A stretch of DNA of 64,000 nucleotides from the NCBI RefSeq assembly GCF_009914755.1, contig NC_060926.1. One strand, written 5' to 3'. Each line of letters starts with the position of its first letter. Position 1 is the stretch's first letter. The translations under genes and the position numbers were made by a program. The stretch comes from the human T2T-CHM13v2.0 reference genome, Homo sapiens. The notes beneath the pieces are model-generated. The model made no database searches. It was not told the origin of the DNA and worked only from the letters and a program-made list of their open reading frames with translations. Shown here piece by piece: positions 42,520 to 56,184 of the stretch.

Positions 42520-45460
42520 TAGGAAAGCCAGCGTTGATGACAAGTGTCTTCTGTAGTTGCCATCCTGGTAACTCTTCAGGGTGCCACTATTCCTCTATGC
42601 TTATGGATGTTTGAGGCCTTTTATAGGATAGAATTTCAAAGGACAAGTAGAGAAGTGTTAACTCCTGGGAGTAGTTCGTTGGTTTTCCCTTCATCCTTTT
42701 GCCTGTACCCGGCGTGGGGTGGTTGTGGTGTCGGAGACAAGCTCCCAGAAAGGCGCAATGTGGCTCATTCCAGGCCTCAAGCACCAGAATACGTTTAGCT
42801 TCAAAAATGACAAGTTTGATAAGAGTGTTCAGACCAAGAAAATTAATGCAAAACTTCCTGATATAGTATGTCAGCGCTATAAAGAAGTTCTTGAGTGTCG
42901 TGTAAAATACAAAAAATACAAACCATTATCAAACCTAAAAAATGTGTTAAATGTTTATGAAAGACAGTGAAGGATTCTTATCACACAGTGTGTAGACCAT
43001 GCGCCTATGAACTTGAAGTTTGCACAGAATGTGGAAAGAAAGAAGACATTGTTATTCCGTTCAGTAAGGAACCAGAAAAAATAAAATATTGAAAACAATC
43101 GCCTCTCCCTCTCCCTCTCCCTCTCCCTCCGTCTCCCTCTCCCTCTCCCTCCGTCTCCCTCTCCGTCTCCCTCTCGGTCTCCCTCTCCCTCTCTTTCCAT
43201 GGTCTCCCTCTGATGCCAAGCCGAAGCTGGACTGTACTGCTCCCATCTCGGCTCACTGCAACCTCCCTGCCTGATTCTCCTGCCTCAGCCTGCCGAGTGC
43301 CTGCAATTGCAGGCACGCGCCGCCATGCCTGACTGGTTTTCGTATTTTTTTGGTGGAGACAGGGTTTCACTGTGTTGGCCGGGCTGGTCTCCAGCTCCTA
43401 ACCGTGAGTGATCCGCCAGCCTCGGCCTCCCAAGGTGCCGGGATTGCAGACGGAGTCTCGTTCACTCAGTGCTCAATGGTGCCCAGGCTGGAGTGCAGTG
43501 GCGTGATCTCGGCTGGCTACAACCTCCACCTCCCAGCCGCCTGCCTTGGCCTCCCAAAGTGCCGAGATTGCAGCCTCTGCCCGGCCGCCACCCCATCTGG
43601 GAAGCGAGGAGCGTCTCTGCCTGGTCGCCCATCGTCTGGGATGTGAGGAGCCCCTCTGCCTGGCTGCCCAGTCTGGAAAGTGAGGAGCGTCTCTGCCCGG
43701 CCGCCATCCCATCTAGGAAGTGAGGAGCGCCTCTTCCCGGCCGCCATCACATCTAGGAAGTGAGGAGCGTCTCTGCCCGGCCGCCCGTCGTCTGAGATGT
43801 GGGGAGCGCCTCTGCCCCGCCGCCCTGTCTGGGATGTGAGGAGCGCCTCTGCCCGGCCGCGACCCGTCTGGGAGGTGAGGAGCGTCTCTGCCCGGCCGCC
43901 CCGTCTGAGAAGTGAGGAGACCCTCTGCCTGGCAACCACCCCGTCTGAGAAGTGAGGAGCCTCTCCGCCCGGCAGCCGCCCCGTCCCGGAGGTGAGGGGC
44001 GCCTCTGCCCGGCCGCCCCTACTGGGAAGTGAGGAGCCCCTCTGCCCGGCCAGCCACCCTGTCCGGGAGGGAGGTGGGGGGGTCAGCCCCACGCCCGGCC
44101 AGCCGCCCCGTCTGGGAGGTGAGGGGCGCCTCTGCCCGGCCGCCCTACTGGGAAGTGAGGAGCCCCTCTGCCCAGCCACCACCCTGTCTGGGAGGTGTAC
44201 CCAACAGCTCATTGAGAACGGGCCAGGATGACAATGGCGGTTTTGTGGAATAGAAAGGGGGGAAAGGTGGGGAAAAGATTGAGAAATCGGATGGTTGCCG
44301 TGTCTGTGTAGAAAGAAGTAGACATGGGAGACTTTTCATTTTGTTCTGTACTAAGAAAAATTCTTCTGCCTTGGGATCCTGTTGATCTGTGACCTTACCC
44401 CCAACCCTGTGCTCTCTGAACCATGTGCTGTGTCCACTCAGGGGTCAATGGATTAAGGGCGGTGCAAGATGTGCTTTGTTAAACAGATGCTTGAAGGCAG
44501 CATGCTCGTTAAGAGTCATCACCACTCCCTAATCTCAAGTACCCAGGGACACAAATACTGTGGAAGGCAGCAGGGTCCTCTGCCTAGGAAAACCAGAGAC
44601 CTTTTTTCACTTGTTTATCTGCTGACCTTCCCTCCACTATTGTCCTATGACCCTGCCAAATCCCCCTCTGCGAGAAACACCCAAGAATGATCAATTAAAA
44701 AAAAATAATAAATTAAAAAAAAAAAAAGAAAATCTAAGTTCTAACCATAGAAGAAGCTGCAGAAGAAATGAAGAAAGGGATGATAATTTAGATTTTGATG
44801 TTGATTTAGAAGACACAGGAGGAGGCCAGGTGTGGTGGCAAGAGCCTTGCCGGGGTCTTCTGATGCTTGTATTGAAAAAACTGCTTTTGCTTTGTAACAA
44901 GCAAACGTAAGTGTTGGTACTTTTGCTCTGAGTCATTTACGTGAGATCATTTATCAAACGGCGCTGAGGACCAGTTTTTGAGGCTAGCAATATAATAATG
45001 TCATCTTATTTTTATATGAGCTAGTTCTTACATAACCATCAATTCTGAATCTGGTTTACTTTGGTATTAGGTAATATACACAGTTTATATTGTTCATGTA
45101 TAAAATTTGTTTTTCTATAGCTTTTTCTGATTTCCTCATTAGGATTTCTTTTTTTTTTTTTTTTTTTGCTGCTTTTTCAAACTTTTTCAAAAATCAGCAC
45201 AATTTTTCCCTTTGAAATTAAATAGATTACTTGGTTTCCAACATTTAATTTTGTCTATTATCAGAAAAAGTTTTCACGTAATGAAATTAAGCAATATAAT
45301 ATTAATGGAAAACATTATTCTCAGGACTAATTACTGCGCACCTTTGATGTGTACTTGTTTGCATTTACTATATGCATGACATACTACTGTATAATGAATC
45401 GCAGTGCAGAGTAATGATGATTCAATAAATGTAGATCTATTTTGCATATTTGCACAACTT
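42520..45460 (+). pseudogene. C9orf85: C9orf85 processed pseudogene (5'UTR, disabled CDS, probable 3'UTR), split by an SVA
   Basis: Translated fragments SSQKG..., KHQNTFSFKNDKFDKSVQTKKINAKL...VCQRYKEVLE..VKYKKYKPLS and, after the SVA, NLSSNHRRSCRRNEERDDNLDFDVDLEDTGG match C9orf85 as I recall it. No introns. Start codon position reads ACA (42737-42739). Frameshifts, plus a TGA at 42958-42960 in the parental frame. AATAAA at 45424-45429. Outer UTR limits are approximate. Confidence 0.88.
43101..44727 (+). mobile_element. Full-length SVA (SVA_C/D-like)
   Basis: (CCCTCT)n hexamer ~43102-43195, antisense Alu-like domain to ~43590, GC-rich VNTR ~43590-44195, SINE-R (cccaacagctcattgagaacggg...gaaacacccaagaatgatcaa), poly-A. 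Imperfect TSD gaaaacaatc / gaaaatc. Confidence 0.97.
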
Positions 45461-45469
45461 AAGAAATAC

Positions 45470-45672
45470 CAACATCATTTTCTCTGAGAAGCCTTCCCTG
45501 ATTTTCAGCCTAGGTACAATTCCTCAGACATGTGTTCACAAAGCTGCATACTTTTCCTTCACAATATTATCTAATGTCACATTTCTTCATTAATAATTAT
45601 TAATGTCAGTCTACCCACTAAACTAGAGTACCATTGCTTTTCTAGTGTTACAATAAATGAATAAATGAATCA
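45470..45672 (+). mobile_element. L2 3' end
   Basis: ttctctgagaagccttccctga ... aataaatgaataaatgaat tail. Confidence 0.55.
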
Positions 45673-45768
45673 GTGAAGTCATGTATCATTAGGATGTCGC
45701 AGTATCTTTTATGAAATACTCAAAGTCAAAAGTTGGTCAGAATTTCACATTCTTAAATTGGCTTTTAA

Positions 45769-46114
<346 letters not shown>

Positions 46115-47024
46115 CATCATATCCTTTATGAATAAGAATTTCTAGTCACTAGGTCCAGGAGTCTGTATTTTGAAATTCCTAGGTGATTTTGGTGACCATC
46201 CAAGTTTGAGACCCACTGGCCTTACCGTCATGCCTCAATTTTCAAATGAGGAAACTGAGGACTAGGGCGGGAAAGTGATTTCCTTGCAATTAAAGGCAGC
46301 CAGTGGTAAGACGAGACCAAGGACCTTTCGGAGGTCCCTTGCACCCCTGAGAGTCAGTGACTCTCTGTTTTCACCTTGGACTGCCGTGATGTCTGACTCA
46401 TACTGTAGTCTTCTTCCTAAAATCCTCTTCTTTTTATTTTTTATTTTTGGCAGTGTGTTGAATTCTCCTCTAGTTTCATTCAGTGAGTGCTATTTCTTGC
46501 TTCATTATAAAAGGTGGTGTGTCACAGGTCCTGTGTGATCACACAGGCTAAGTGTAAGCTTTGAGAATGATCTCTTGGACCCTTTTTCTCAGATTTCAGT
46601 GTTGTGCATTATTATCTCATCGTGGTGGCTTCTTTGTGATTTAGTTTCCCCTCCTCCCTTCACCATAAAAAAAGTCTTATCTCCTGATGTATTTTTGGCT
46701 GCAGAATAACTCCAGATGGTACATTTTGTGTAGGGAAAAAAAATAACAGAATTTTTCACACTCTTCTGTGAATTATTTTTTGACTTTCAATTATAATGAA
46801 GTTATTAATCTTACAAAGGCTCGCTTTGTAAAGAGACTAATCTGAATAAACTTGCTTGTATACAATAAGTGCCATGGCAAAAATTAAGAGTACAGTTATT
46901 ATCAGAGACTAAAATAACAATTTAATTTTCTAGAAATAGAAAATTAAGAAAAATAACTTTTAATGCTGGGATTTGACATTAAGAAATGAATGACAAAAAT
47001 GGGACCAAATAAAATGCTGTAATT

Positions 47025-47741
<717 letters not shown>

Positions 47742-48063
47742 TTAAGAGCTTTTACAAAGAGCGTGCATACATTTAGCAATCTCTAATTGGGAATGTTTTG
47801 GAAAACACTCCTGAGAATGTAGGTTATTTATAGAAGATGTCCTTTACTTTGATATAATCTTCCTAATGTGGTTTTTATCAGTTGGATTTTTCTGGATCAA
47901 CGAGAAGACCTATGAGCCTAAAATGTTTGTAATTCTAGCTGTGTTTCTATAAGAACATGAGAGAACCTCGGCATTAACCATTCTTGCTGGTCTCACAGAA
48001 CACCCCAAAAATCTTTGCAGTTTTGCTGGAGTGATGACAGAGAATGGAAAACAAGTTTATGAA

Positions 48064-48354
48064 TTTTTTTTTTTTTTTTGTGAGGCGGAGTTGCACTTGT
48101 CACCCAGGCTGGAGTGCAATCTCAGCTCACTGCAACCTCCGCCTCCCAGGTTCAAGCGATTCTCTTCTTTCAGCCTCCTGAGTAGCTGGGATTACAGCTG
48201 CGTGCCACCATGCCCTGCTAACTTTTGTATTTTTAGTAGAGACAGGGTTTCACCATGTTGGCCAGGCTGGTCTTGAACTCCTGACCTCAGGTGATCCGCT
48301 CGCTTCGACCTCCCAAAGTGCTAGGAGTACAGGCAAGAGCCACAGTGCCTGGCC
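48064..48354 (-). mobile_element. AluS
   Basis: Reverse Alu. TSD gtttatgaa. Confidence 0.9.
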
Positions 48355-48679
48355 TGTTTATGAAGATTTTATAAACAGATTTCTAAATTCAGAAAGTATT
48401 TAAGGGATCCCCTCTGGTGGCACTTTAATTCAGATGGGGTCCACAAAATAGGAAAATATTTACTAGGAAATTTGAACAATCTTGAAATCACTGAAAATGG
48501 TGATGTGATTCTCCAGAAATTTCTGATTGGGAATAAGCACTTTGAAGTAATTGGCTATGTTATTAATCTGCTGTTCCTGAATTTCCCCTTAGTAGCGGAC
48601 ATGCTTTATTGTATTAAGTTGGATAACCACCTTAGTAGCAAAGATGGGCTTGGGCTTCAGTCTGGTCAATAGGCATCTT

Positions 48680-49130
48680 ATTCAGGTAGATGCCAGATGG
48701 GAGGGATGGGGACAGCTTAGTGAAGAAGGATGAGGCTGGAGGTGACTCTTGAAAAATGATTAGTGTTAGTTGGAAAGATTAAGGTGTGGGAGAGTCCCAC
48801 GCAGGGGAACAGCAGGCAGAAAGCCAGGGAGAGAGAAAACAGTGTGTTTTGAGGACCTCTTCTGCTGTGGCTGGAATAAAGAGGGCTGTGTTGAAGAGTG
48901 AAGGGAGCTGAGGCCAGGCAAAAACTCTTGCATGCCTTGAGAGGAGGTTTTACCCAAAAGACAAGTGAGGAGGGTGGTGAAACATTTTAGTCAAGCTTGT
49001 GTGTTCTTCAAAGCTCGTTTGAGCTCCGGCATGGAAGAGGATGGATTTCAGTTGGGCAAAATTCAGAGCAGGGAAACCAGTCAGGAAGTTGTGGCAATAA
49101 TTTGGTTAAGAAACTCTAAGGGACCTTACT
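48680..49130 (-). mobile_element. L2 fragment
   Basis: Reverse L2 motifs (ggggaacagcaggcagaaagcc, gagcagggaaaccagtcaggaag). Confidence 0.5.
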
Positions 49131-49576
49131 AAGGTCAAGGTTAGACTTTGTAAATTTTGGGGTCCAGAAAAACTGTTAATAAACTTAACCGACAGGAAGA
49201 TTCCCCTGGCATCATAGCCTGTCACTGTGAGGATTTACCTTCTTTTTCACATAGTAATAGATTGTGAAAAGTCTCCAAAACCATACTCAAGGATTGAAGG
49301 TCACATTTTCTCTTTCGACCATTCTACACTTAGGTAGAAAAAAATTTCATTACCAACTAGATAATAGGATTTGAGCTGTTGTGGTTGACATTCTTGATGA
49401 AGGACTGATCAGAAATTCTTGGTCATCTTATGTAAGAATAACTTCTTGGAGTAAATATGTTCCTGAAGAGCTGCCATTTAAAGTAAACTTTTGAATATCA
49501 TATCTTAAATGCTTTGTAATCATAAACATTTAAATTCTGTGGTTCAAGTAATCATTTTTAAGTAATTTACTTCTAA

Positions 49577-49880
49577 TTTCTCTCTCTTTTTTTTTTGGAG
49601 ACAAGGCTGTCACCCAGGCTGGAGTGCAGTGGTGCAAACACACTTCACTGTAGTCTCAACCTCCTTGGCTCAAGCAGTCCTTCTGCCTCAGCCTCTTGGT
49701 GTGGCTGGGACCACAGATGCATGCTGCCATACCTAGCTAACTTTTCTTTTCTTTTTATTTTTTGGTAGAGACGAGGTCTCGCCGTGTTGCCCAGGCTGGT
49801 CTTGAACTTCTAGGCTCAGGCAGTCCTCCACCTTGCCTCCCAAAGTGCTGGGATTACAGTCATGAGCCACTGCACCCAGT
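49577..49880 (-). mobile_element. AluJ
   Basis: Diverged reverse Alu. Confidence 0.85.
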
Positions 49881-50255
49881 TTGTTTCTCTCTTTTTTAAA
49901 TCCAAATTTTTCTATTAGGCTTTGCAAATAGGCCCTTAAAGAAATAGGCAGCATGGCTGGTAAACAAATTTTGTTCTTTAGATGTTTCCAGAGAAATAAT
50001 GTGGTATTTTAAGAGCTTTTAACAAGAGACCTCAAGATAATTATTTTTAGGATATACCATAATTTAAAAAATAACTTCTGAATATGAGAGTAATACATTA
50101 AAGAATATTCCTGTAATCCTAGAGCTAAGCCATGCTATAATTCTGGTCCAGTTTACGGTTTGCGCTCACATATACACTCACATTTTTATACCCTTTGTTT
50201 TTATGGGTTGTATTCATGCTAAAAAATTGTTTTGAAAACACTTTTTATGGCTGTA

Positions 50256-50299
50256 TAAAGTAGGTGTACCCTATTTCTAAAGTAGGTGTGCCCTATTAC
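50256..50299. repeat. 22-bp tandem duplication
   Basis: taaagtaggtgtaccctatttc / taaagtaggtgtgccctattac. Confidence 0.85.
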
Positions 50300-50973
50300 T
50301 GGACATTTAGTTTGTCTGCGGGTTTTTTTTTTTTTTTTTTTTTTTTGCTACTATAGAAAAGCACAGTGATGAGCATCACTGCATTCATATTTTTATCTGA
50401 AGTTGCCTTTTCCCCTAGATCCCTGAAAGTGGATTTGCTGGGTCTGAGGAGTTTTACTTAACACCTTTTTCAAAGGCTGTGTCATTCCTGTGACCTCACT
50501 GCAGGTGGTGGACCTACTGCCCTTTGCACCAACTGACTGACTGCTGTGGTAGATGCCTTCGAACTTAGGCAAGCTAGTAACATTTTATATGGGGTTTGGT
50601 TTTTACTGAAAAGGTTTGCTTCTGGAACATTTATGTAAGTTACAGCAGTCTTCATGCTGAGGACACATGGACACGTCTCTTATGTCTCAAGCAAAGATAC
50701 CCCCAGCCTGATGTAGAAATGTAATTGACTACTGAGTGGATTTCCTTTCATGTGGAATAGAATGAGATTTATTGGCTTGTATAAACTAGAGCAGAAAAGT
50801 TAATAGAAATAATAAAAGCTATCAGACTCTGTTTAGCTCTGTTATGCTATTACACTCAGATCCTTTAAAAACTGTGTTTAGAAAATTGTTGTGCAGTTTA
50901 ATATGTCTGCAGAATATTGAATACAGTGTCCATCAGAAAATCTAATCCTTTTTTAAAGTTTAGATAGAACTAA

Positions 50974-51285
<312 letters not shown>

Positions 51286-51381
51286 TAAGGAGCATATCTT
51301 GATGTTTCTAGTTTTCTTATAATTTCCTTCTGTGTTCTGGGTTGCTCTTACATATATATTCTATAAATTGTGTGTTTTGTG

Positions 51382-51687
51382 TTTTCTTTTTTGGGGGGGG
51401 GGGGTTGGGGGAGACAGTCTAACTCTTGTCACGCAGACTGGAGTGCAGTGGCGTGATCTCAGCTCACTGCAACCTCCCCCTCCCAGATTCAAGTGATTCT
51501 TGTGCCTCAGCAGAGTAACTGGGACTACAGGTGTGTATCACCACGCCTGGCTAATTTTTGTATTTTTAGTAGAGACAAGGTTTTGACATGTTGGCCCGGC
51601 TAGTCTTGAACTCCTTGCCTCAAGTTATCCACCTGCCTTGGCCTCCCAAAGTGTTGGGATTACAGGCATGAGCCACCACACCTGGCC
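51382..51687 (-). mobile_element. Alu (AluS/J) with a G-run in its tail
   Basis: Reverse Alu; the tail reads ttttctttttt then a G-run, tt, ggggg, then agacag. Confidence 0.88.
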
Positions 51688-52329
51688 TTATTTTTATGTG
51701 TTCTGAATTTAGGTTAAAATTGAAGAAGAGGGTCCAAGACTAAGTGCCAACGTAGATATTTGCAGGTGAAATTGCTTTTCTTTGTGTAGCCCATGTTGTA
51801 TTACTTAATAGCCTCTTAAACTGGAGACCCCTGATACCTTACATTCAAATGTGAGTGATGATAGGGTGTCTATCAAAGACAACAGAAGTTAATATAACTT
51901 CCCCAAAGTCACGTGAGTGGGTTACTCTCTTTACTTGGAACACATGCAAAGAAAGGGTCCTCCTTCAACACTTGAAGATAATCACAGTGTCATGCTCTTT
52001 CTCATAAATGCCACTGTAGAGAGTACAGAGAAAAATGCAATTAATGGTGCTACCCAAATCCTGAAAAGAATGAGGTACGGTGTAGGAATTGGACAGCAGA
52101 CAGAGTGCAAGTTTTTACATAATTGTAATTAATACAGACATGACTTACTTGAGAAATTTAAAATGTGAATATTTTAAAAATTACAGAGGATGATTATTCA
52201 CATTATAAAGTGACTCATCATCCCTTTTAAAAAGGACTTATCTTTTAAGAGGATATTCCTCTGGTGCATTTGAGTCCTTGTCTGCTCATTGTTTTAAACA
52301 ACTTGCAGTTTTTTTAACAAATTACAGTA

Positions 52330-52910
52330 TGACCTGTGATATTACCCAGACATTCAATTCCGAGGTATTTAACTAGAGATACCTAGGAATGAAATGAAAA
52401 CACATATTCGTACAAAAAAAATACACAAATGTTTATAGCAGCTTTATTTGTAGTAACCCCAAACTGGAAACAACCTACATGTCCATCATGGGTGAATGGA
52501 TAAACAAACTGTTGTAGCCATTTAATGGTATACTATTCAGCAGTAAAAACAAACTATTGGTATATGTAGCAACATCAGTGAATCTGAGAATAATTATACT
52601 GGGTAAGCAGCCAGACAAAAAAAGAGTTCTAACTGTATGATTCCATTTATATAGAAATTACAAACTAATCTCTAGCGACAGAAAGCAGATCCATGGTCGT
52701 CTGGAGGTGGAGAATAAGGGTAAGTGAGGATGGGCCAGGAGGCATGGACTCCAAAGAGGCATGGGAAACTTAGGAGTGATGGGTATGCTCATTTTGTTGA
52801 TGGCAATGATGGTTTCACAGGTATATACATAGGTCAAAACTTGCCAAATTGTGTAATATGCACATTGTATATCAGTTATACCTGAATAAAGCTGTTTTTT
52901 TTTAAAAAAA
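52330..52910 (+). mobile_element. L1M (L1MC/MD-like) 3' end
   Basis: aaactggaaacaacctacatgtccatca...ctgtatgattccatttatatag...gttatacctgaataaagctg. Confidence 0.75.
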
Positions 52911-54164
52911 AAAAATGTCCTGAAAAAAGTTCTGTCTTCCCTTGTCTGCCAATTGCACCGTTCTTTATATCTCATCCAGCCTGCTCACAGTCAAGAACAG
53001 GGGCAGAAGTGGGCTGACAGGTGTAGTGCAGTGTGTGGAATGCTGTGACAGGTGTGGGCACAGAAGGTACAATGAAGACCCCCTGGAGGAGGTGAGCTTG
53101 AGGCGAGTGTAGAGAGGGCATCTCAGAGGCAATTCTGAGAGTCATAGGTTGCAGGTGTGTGGCAGAGGTTGGTCTGGAGGACAGCAGGGACCATACATTT
53201 GGAGCATTGTTTTGAAAGCGTTGTACATCACTGACGGGTGGTAAGCAGGGGACAGACAAAATCAACTCGGCTTTGCCCACTCTGGGAAGATGAAGAGGCA
53301 GGAATCCCAGGTTCAGAGCTCAAGGAACCCTTATGTGATGCCACCCCCTCAAATCTGTTTAAATCATATTAGGAGAACCTTGTTGTCCAAGAGGGCTCTG
53401 TCTTGCTAGACAGTTCTGCGTTGTCCAGGAAACTGCAGACTACATTGGAATCCTACCTGTACAAATACTTAAGATGTTTCATTTCAAAAATAAAGTGTTC
53501 TCTGTAGAAATTAAGGAAAATACACTTAAGAAAAATAAGAAAATTTAAATTGCCTTTAATCCCACCACCCAGTGCTAAATACTTTTAACATTTTGGTGTA
53601 TATTGTTTCAGATATATGTATGTTTTAAAACAAAATTAGAATCATAATTTGCATGTGTTTTTTTTTTTTTTTTTTTTTTTATTATACTCTACCTTTATTT
53701 CCTCTGAGCATTATTCCATGTTTTATGTAGACATAAAATATCATTGTTTTTATTTGATGCATGAGAGTCTACATATTATATGTATGGTGATTTATTTAAC
53801 CAATAACCTCTTTTGGGGATTTTTTTGGTTGTATAATTTTGTTTAAAAATTCTGGGAAAACCATAATTACTTTATTAAAAAGCAAGTAAATCAAAGAATA
53901 TAGTTAATTTTTTTATTAACAGGTGCAGTTTCTTAATTCATATTAAAGAAAAATAGCCTTGGTCTAGTAGACATTTTAACTAAATGAAGGGAGGATGGTC
54001 CCCTTCTAGAAGTACACATGGGCTTATACAGTAGTTCTTTGTTACCCAGTGATAATTATTTCATCTGTGCTATTCACAAAAAGTAACCATCTATGGGAAC
54101 TCTGTTGTTCCCAAAGGAAGATTTACTCCCCATATCAGAAATATGTTAAAAAAAAGTATAAATA

Positions 54165-54527
<363 letters not shown>

Positions 54528-56184
54528 TTATTAGAAGCATTTCACATGTATTAACTTATTTAATCATCAAAACAGTTCTAGATGTAAGTTCAGTTATTTT
54601 TCTGTTTAACAGATACGTAGACAGAAGCACAGAATGTTAGTAACTTACCCAAATAAATGATCAACTTATATGAAAACATATCCATCATCACTAGTAAGCA
54701 GACTTGCAAATGATAATAACAAGCTATCACTTTGGAGACCTGCAGTGATCTTAGAAACTTAATACTTGACGCTGATTAAGGTAGAAGGAAACAGGCCCTC
54801 TGTACAAGGTTGATGGGAGGGTCCATTTCTGTAGAGCAGTTGGTTTCCTTCTAGAAAATTTATCCTATGAAGATAATTGGACAAGGTTATAATGATATTA
54901 CTGTGCTCATGGAAGTATTGAGAATAGTGAACAACTATGTGTCCTGTAATAGGGACTTGGTTAAATAAATTTTGGTACATCCATATTGTAGAACACCATA
55001 CAGCTATTACATATGATGATATGCGCATATGTTTATGGAAGTCGTTGCTCAGGAAATTGTAAATGGAGATAAACAGACAGCATGGAACATGAAGATACGA
55101 AATCTGCTTCTGGCTGTTGGTCTGGGGCCCCCACCAGGAAACCAGCACACCTGGCTTCCTTCTTTTTTACCGTAAGACCAGAGAAACCCTAGAGTTGCAG
55201 TGAGGAACTGTCTTGGGTTCTCTGAAAATGAGCATCATGAAAAATGCCTGGCTTAAAAGAAGAGAAGGAATTAATACATTTTGTTACAGGTATTATATTG
55301 GCTTCATTTAACAAATGCAGGAACAATTTTATAACTGGAACATTTAGCCACTGCAAAAACCATGAATTAGTTTTTTGGTTTTTTTCAAGTTTTCCACTAA
55401 GCTCACTTGAGTACTTTCTTCCTTCTTCCTTTGAGACTCACTCTAACCACCAGGGAGTCACCTCTTTATTGATCTGCCTCTTGATGCCAGGAATTTCCTT
55501 TCTTCTACCATACTTTACCTATGTTTGGTGAAACATTTGAATTCACATGTTACTGAACAGTGACTTGGTGTGTTAACCTTCTTAGGTTTTTAAACTTTGA
55601 ACAACTGCCTTTCCTCAAAGGCAAAACTAACTTTTTTGGGAATTGCAGAAATCGTAACTCCCCAGGGACAGCTCACCCTCAGTCCTCCAAGCCATAGAAT
55701 TTAAAGAGTGCCTTGATGCCACCAAAAACCTCAGTACCTTTTGTTACAGAAAGAACATTGTGTGGTATACTTCCTATGTTTTGAAAAATATCTGCAAATA
55801 TTTTGGGAACTGAATTTTGGGAAGGGCTACCCTCTGGCTGAACTCTGCTTACAAAATCCATAAAAATAGGGTTCCAGCTCTGCACAGCAGGACAGGTGCA
55901 AGTGTGCGCCAGTAACCTCACAGCCGGAGACCATCTCTACAAACATCCTGCCAGGAGAAGAGTAGAGAATAACAAAGGAAAAAAACAAGCCCTCCAGTTG
56001 GCATTCTTGTTGAGGAAGTCCATCAAGAATCAAGTTCCTGTCAACTTGTTTCTGTATTCTTTTGCTTAAAGAATCACAGTAGAGAGTCCCAATCTGAAAA
56101 AAACTTTGTTATATTTCTTAGGTTGGGGATACATACAGCATGGAGTTGGAACTTCAGTCTGTGGAGCCAAACCCAGACTGAAAG

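Noticed and set aside
42719-42970. 83-aa ORF as a functional C9orf85 paralogue
   Set aside because: Non-ATG start, frameshifted at both ends and truncated; the downstream CDS has a stop and an SVA insertion.
43590-44195. Regularly spaced ~37-50 bp repeats resembling a CRISPR array
   Set aside because: This is the SVA VNTR: whole units repeat with no unique spacers, in eukaryotic DNA.
43350-44339. Multiple ORFs up to 231 aa
   Set aside because: All lie in the SVA Alu-like/VNTR region; SVA is non-coding.
48405-48424. CTCF-like cccctctggtggca
   Set aside because: Mismatch at a conserved core position in either orientation; cannot be supported without ChIP data.
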